Part shown: positions 63,342-64,000 of the stretch, piece after piece
Position numbering within the stretch: position 1 is the stretch's first letter
How the letters are laid out: each line of letters starts with the position of its first letter
DNA from: an uncultured delta proteobacterium
GTDB lineage: Bacteria > Desulfobacterota > Desulfobacteria > Desulfobacterales > JAFDCJ01
Reading direction: 5' to 3'
NCBI GenBank assembly: GCA_963769935.1
Contig: CAVYNY010000033.1
Coordinates: 1 to 64,000 of the forward strand
DNA: 64,000 bases
Notes under the pieces: model-generated
Database searches by the model: none
Told to the model about the DNA's origin: nothing
Seen by the model: only the letters and a program-made list of their open reading frames with translations
Program-made: the position numbers and the translations under genes

Positions 63342-63878
63342 TTAAGGTGTTTGTAGCCGGGAATCGTCGAGCCCAAATCGCGGCCTGCCCGGTTCCGTCG
63401 CTTGTATTGCAGCGTGGATTTTCGCACCATATTTCCAGATCTCATCACTGTATCTGGCAAATTGCTTAAGTGCCAGATGGTATTGGGTATATTGCCGATT
63501 ATCGATCATTCGGCGGTACAGCAGAAAGTTCAGCATCATCAGGGAGTTGAAAAACGGTCTTTGGGCGCTTTTCATGGCCATAAGAATTTTCTTGTCTTCC
63601 GAAATTAGCGGCAGGCCGAAATGCAAGGCACATTCAACCAGTTTTTGATCGTTTGATAAAGTTTTTCCAGTATGGGCAAGCGGTTTGATGTTGTCTGAGA
63701 CGGGACCCGCCTCAGAAAGTATTTCGTGAATTGAAAATAATCTTAGCGTGCTGGTGAGCCTTTTCAAAAAATGCGCCTTGTTGGCATAAATAATCGATGA
63801 CGCATCGATCAGGGCTTTATCCAGTTGATTGAATTGGCTGAATATGTCCTGCGGTAATGTTTTGTTTTTGCCCACCAT
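63342..63878 (-). CDS. Hypothetical PIN-like domain protein
   Basis: ALIDASSII, ILSE, SNDQKLV, LISEDKKIL give a PIN-type acidic pattern. Confidence 0.6.
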   Translation of the reverse strand: MVGKNKTLPQDIFSQFNQLDKALIDASSIIYANKAHFLKRLTSTLRLFSIHEILSEAGPVSDNIKPLAHTGKTLSNDQKLVECALHFGLPLISEDKKILMAMKSAQRPFFNSLMMLNFLLYRRMIDNRQYTQYHLALKQFARYSDEIWKYGAKIHAAIQATEPGRPRFGLDDSRLQTP

Positions 63879-64000
63879 TGTTATCTGTACGCTCCGAACA
63901 ACCCCAAACCGCACCGGCGCAGTTTATTTACACCGTGCAGCCCAATCACAACGGGTGTCTTGAAAGCAGGCTTGCAGGAAGACTTAATATAGAGATGACA

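Overview
Bacterial chromosome segment whose gene content and intergenic repeat style suggest Desulfobacterota/Deltaproteobacteria (inference). Many long genes are split by single-base indels, often in homopolymer runs, which is most simply explained by long-read consensus error. In order, the window holds: a ~2,500-codon teneurin-like Ig/PASTA/NHL/YD-RHS protein running off the left edge; a bat-type MoxR/vWA operon (minus) back-to-back with a second, different MoxR/DUF58/vWA operon (plus); a sugar ABC transporter with lactonase and Zn-dehydrogenase; then an accessory region. That region contains a TIR-TM-WD40 protein, a TIR fused to an apparently inactivated EEP nuclease, attC-like sites without an integrase (carrying a toxin-antitoxin pair), an FRG protein, and a small rhodanese whose active-site loop reads through two in-frame TGA codons (YUGU) followed by a SECIS-like hairpin. 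The strongest novelty candidates are the double-selenocysteine rhodanese and the TIR-pseudonuclease. No rRNA, tRNA or CRISPR array was recognised. All family calls come from motif recognition by eye; no searches were run.
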